From: an uncultured bacterium
Lineage (GTDB): Bacteria > Acidobacteriota > HRBIN11 > JAKEFK01
DNA: 64,000 bases
NCBI GenBank assembly: GCA_963843285.1
Contig: CAWJJO010000004.1
Span: forward strand, 5,521 to 69,520
Direction: 5' to 3'
Shown: positions 61,185 to 64,000 of the stretch, in pieces
Position numbering within the stretch: the stretch's first letter is position 1
Layout: each line of letters begins with the position of its first letter
Translations under genes and position numbers: made by a program
Notes under the pieces: model-generated
Databases searched by the model: none
Told to the model about the DNA's origin: nothing
What the model saw: only the letters and a program-made list of their open reading frames with translations

Positions 61185-61330
61185 GGCTGTTGAAAAATGC
61201 AGGAAAATCTTGTTTGCAATCTGTAACGCCCGCCTCTGGCGGGCTCTTGAGCTCGAGCTCAGCCCACGGGACGTGGGGCGTTACAAACCGCAAACAGGGA
61301 TCTCTTTGCATTTTTCAACAGCCTCAACCT
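61185..61330 (+). other. ~145-bp long imperfect palindrome / extended hairpin, intergenic
   Basis: Arms GAGGCTGTTGAAAAATGCAGGAAAATCTTGTTTGCAATCTGTAACGCCC and GGGCGTTACAAACCGCAAACAGGGATCTCTTTGCATTTTTCAACAGCCTC pair over ~45 positions (with GU pairs and bulges). GC-rich central sub-hairpins GCCCGCCTCTGGCGGGC and CCCACGGGACGTGGGG. Confidence 0.5.
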
Positions 61331-61340
61331 GCGCTCCACA

Positions 61341-62546
61341 ATGCTGATGCCACCAACCTTTTCAACAGGGTCCTCGTCTAATACCGGTAGAGTAGGAGGA
61401 GTGTCTATGAATCGCCTAATATCGTTTGTGTTTATCTTATTTGCCGCAAATCTGCTCTATGCCTCAGCGGACATGGAGAAGCAGTTCAGTGTCCAGCCGG
61501 GAGGGACGATTTCGTTCGATCTTCGCACCGGTGGATCGGTGCGCATCACCGGATGGGACCGTAATGAAGTCCTCGTGGTTGCCCGTTCAAGAAGCGAAGA
61601 TGATGAGGATTGCGTGATTGAAATCACACAGACGCCTGGAGGCGTGAATGTCCTTGCAGAATATAAGGGCCATCGGAACTCGTATAATACGGACATTCGA
61701 TTTGAGATTTCGGCTCCAAAAAAATACAACGTATCGCTGGATTCGGCAGGCGGTGGAATCATCCTCACGGGTATGTACGGAACCTTCAAAGGAGACACTG
61801 GCGGTGGAGAGATCACGATCAAAAATTCAGAAGGCCTAGCTTACCTTTCTACTGGAGGTGGAGAGATCCGTCTGGAGGATTCGAAACTGGAAGGGAAAAT
61901 CAGTACCGGAGGCGGACGGATTGTTTTGCGAAATGTGCGGGGAGACGTCAAAACGACCACCGGCGGTGGAGAGATCATTCAGGAAGCGGGTTTTACAGAT
62001 AAACCCGATGTTCTTGCGAGCTCCGATGAAAAGGTGGTTGCAATCAGAACAGGCGGAGGCGCGATCCGGATCGACAGCGCCCCGCTAGGAGCTGATGTTC
62101 AGACAGGAGGCGGAGAAATCACAATCCGTTCCGCGAAGAGGTTTGCAAAAGCAACAACCGGCGGCGGAGATATTGAAATTGAATCGATCGATGGCTCCGC
62201 AAAGGCATCCACAGGCGCAGGCGATGTATCCGTACAAATGACGGGGGATGTGCAATCGGAAGGTCATGATGTCAGTCTTTCTTCTGGAAAAGGAGATATC
62301 ACATTGATCCTTCCTCCTTCCTTTTCCGGCAGTGTGTACGTGAAGCTTGGCTTCACACGCACTTCCGAAGATGTAGATATTATCAGCGACTTTGATTTAC
62401 AGCGCGAAAAAACTAACGACTGGTCCTCAGAAGAAGGAACACCTCGCAAATACATCTACGGAAAGGGTCAAATCGGAAATGGCAAGAATCGGATTCGCAT
62501 CGAAACCGTAAACGGAAATGTGTACTTGAAGAAAGCAGGGAAGTAA
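61341..62546 (+). CDS. DUF4097-like beta-helical putative adhesin (probable start Met at 61406)
   Basis: Signal peptide after MNRLISFVFILF; repeated TGGGEI/TGGGRI units. Confidence 0.6.
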   Translation: MLMPPTFSTGSSSNTGRVGGVSMNRLISFVFILFAANLLYASADMEKQFSVQPGGTISFDLRTGGSVRITGWDRNEVLVVARSRSEDDEDCVIEITQTPGGVNVLAEYKGHRNSYNTDIRFEISAPKKYNVSLDSAGGGIILTGMYGTFKGDTGGGEITIKNSEGLAYLSTGGGEIRLEDSKLEGKISTGGGRIVLRNVRGDVKTTTGGGEIIQEAGFTDKPDVLASSDEKVVAIRTGGGAIRIDSAPLGADVQTGGGEITIRSAKRFAKATTGGGDIEIESIDGSAKASTGAGDVSVQMTGDVQSEGHDVSLSSGKGDITLILPPSFSGSVYVKLGFTRTSEDVDIISDFDLQREKTNDWSSEEGTPRKYIYGKGQIGNGKNRIRIETVNGNVYLKKAGK

Positions 62547-62555
62547 TCGCTTAGC

Positions 62556-62606
62556 ATGCAGGCTGGAAGCCTGCGACCCCTAATGCAGACTGGAAGCCTG
62601 CGCTCC
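62556..62606. repeat. tandem pair of hairpins GCAGGCTGGAAGCCTGC / GCAGACTGGAAGCCTGC between convergent genes
   Basis: Two ~24-nt tandem units, each a 6-7 bp stem with a TGGAA loop. Possible bidirectional terminator. Confidence 0.4.
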
Positions 62607-64000
62607 ATGGATCAATTTGAGATAACGTGGATGGCTGCGAAGCGGATCCCACTCAGGATCCACCTTGAGCATCGGAACAGAAAACCAGGAAGAAATCGAG
62701 AGAACGTATTCAATTTTGTCGAGCGCCTGATCGTATTCGCCTGTCATTGTATAGATTTGCGCAAGATCAGTGACATAATTAGGGCCGGTGAACGAGTCCC
62801 GGGAAACAGGAAGTAGCTCAGTGGCCAGCTTTCCTTCTCGAATCGCATCCTGCTTCCTGCCAAGTCCTGCATACGCAATTCCGAGCGCCGAGTGGACCGC
62901 GGGATTGGTGCCTCTATCTTTCAGCTGATGTTCCAGAAAATCACGGGACTGGTTCCAGAGATCCGCTGCCTCTCGAGCGTGATGCATCCAGCCGTGGATT
63001 TGCGCCAGCGCCGAGAGCTTTGGTTGATAGATACTTTCTTCCTGAAACACCTCCACGGGAGTCGACTCCAAACGCGCAAGTACTTTTTCATAATTACGCT
63101 CTCGAATTTCCTGTAACATCCAGAAACTATGATAAAAAGCGGGCTCCCTTTCCGGCATTTTTTCCAAGATTGCGCGCGCAGCGGCTATATCTCCCTTCCA
63201 CAAAATCATATTCATCGCTTTGATTCCATATCCGTAAACCTGCTCCGGACTCAATCTCACCGAGCGATCATAGGCGGCATCTGCCTCGCTGAATCTGCGT
63301 AAACGGGTCAATACTGCGCCCATTTCATTTGGAATGTCCGCGCTGCGCGGATCCAATTCGGACGCGATCTTTAGATTCCGAAGAGATTCTTCGAATTCTC
63401 CTTGCCTTCTTTGGACATATGCGATTCCTGCGAATGCCTCTTTCTCGTTTGGAGACAGCTTTATGGCAACGGAAAAAGCCTCCAGCGCTTTTGCGTAATC
63501 GCGCAGACCGTGATATTGGAAGAATCCGAGCGCGACCCGAGCTGCAGGAAGATCCGGGTTCAGCTGCAGCGCGCGATCTACAGCCTTTTCTGCGAGTTTC
63601 AATCGCTCCGGACTGGAATCGTATCCTTCATGAAAAAGCTGGAGATGCGCTCTGGCAAGTTGCGCGTATGCTAGCGCGAACGACGGATCCAGCTCCACAG
63701 CCTTTTGATAGCTTTGAATCTGAGTCAAGAACGTCTTTTCATCGTATCCGGGATCATGTAAAGCCTCGTTGCCGCGCAGATACTCCTGATAAGCTTCCAG
63801 ATTTTTTGTAGGCGCCGAATTCAAAGTCTTTTGCTGCGCTTCTCCCAGCGTGATTCCCAACTGTGTAATCACGCCCTCTGCAATCTGGGATTGGACTTCA
63901 AACACGTCATTGATGACGTGATCATAGATATCGCTCCAGACCTGCGTATCGTCGGCGACACGGATCAGTTGAGGCGTGACGCGAACACGGTTGACGCCGC
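62580..64000 (-). CDS. TPR-repeat protein, N-terminus beyond window end
   Basis: Reading frame stays open upstream of the listed GTG start through 64000 (...GVNRVRVTPQLIRVADDTQVWSDIYDHVINDVFEVQSQ...). Multiple TPR units follow. Confidence 0.6.
   Translation of the reverse strand, partial: GVNRVRVTPQLIRVADDTQVWSDIYDHVINDVFEVQSQIAEGVITQLGITLGEAQQKTLNSAPTKNLEAYQEYLRGNEALHDPGYDEKTFLTQIQSYQKAVELDPSFALAYAQLARAHLQLFHEGYDSSPERLKLAEKAVDRALQLNPDLPAARVALGFFQYHGLRDYAKALEAFSVAIKLSPNEKEAFAGIAYVQRRQGEFEESLRNLKIASELDPRSADIPNEMGAVLTRLRRFSEADAAYDRSVRLSPEQVYGYGIKAMNMILWKGDIAAARAILEKMPEREPAFYHSFWMLQEIRERNYEKVLARLESTPVEVFQEESIYQPKLSALAQIHGWMHHAREAADLWNQSRDFLEHQLKDRGTNPAVHSALGIAYAGLGRKQDAIREGKLATELLPVSRDSFTGPNYVTDLAQIYTMTGEYDQALDKIEYVLSISSWFSVPMLKVDPEWDPLRSHPRYLKLIHGAQASSLH

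Overview
This 64-kb window looks bacterial and chromosomal, with an Acidobacteria-like gene content: an ADOP-type duplicated FtsX permease, many Ser/Thr-kinase/TPR proteins and a large set of secreted peptidases. That taxonomic reading is an inference.

The left ~11.7 kb is visibly AT-richer and reads as a defence island. It holds a partial PUA/EVE-like ORF, then a translationally coupled four-gene operon: SNF2 helicase (with a possibly frameshifted coiled-coil tail), an AIPR/Mrr-cat-like protein, a Type III Mod methyltransferase and a Type III Res subunit. A cluster of frame-switching ORF fragments follows.

The middle carries a cytochrome P450 with an apparent A-run frameshift, a Tat-secreted M24 peptidase, an orphan H-NOX sensor, a nucleotidyltransferase pair and an AsmA protein. 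It also carries a giant 2143-aa protein (two tandem Ser/Thr kinases, STAND/AAA ATPase, TPR, two family-5 solute-binding domains). Next come an IS4-family insertion sequence, a very high-GC, 5'-truncated, frameshift-riddled GH94 pseudogene, and a near-identical 1.67-kb duplicate of the giant gene's 5' end that encodes a stand-alone tandem kinase.

The right half is a secreted-proteolysis neighbourhood: M13, M4, an S8-gluzincin fusion, S10-like, a CPBP protease, a serpin, an MBL-fold protein and a beta-lactamase-like hydrolase. It also holds STAS/anti-sigma partner-switching genes, the ADOP permease, a DUF4097 protein and a TPR protein running off the window.

The strongest unannotated signal is a dense family (16 copies) of G-rich palindromic repeats, consensus arm GTGTAAGAAGGGGGATGTGGAGATCGGGGGGATGAGGGGATA. 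The G-rich arm is always on the + strand, the repeat often supplies or abuts stop codons, and one copy is split by the IS with a 9-bp TSD. No rRNA, tRNA or CRISPR array was found.
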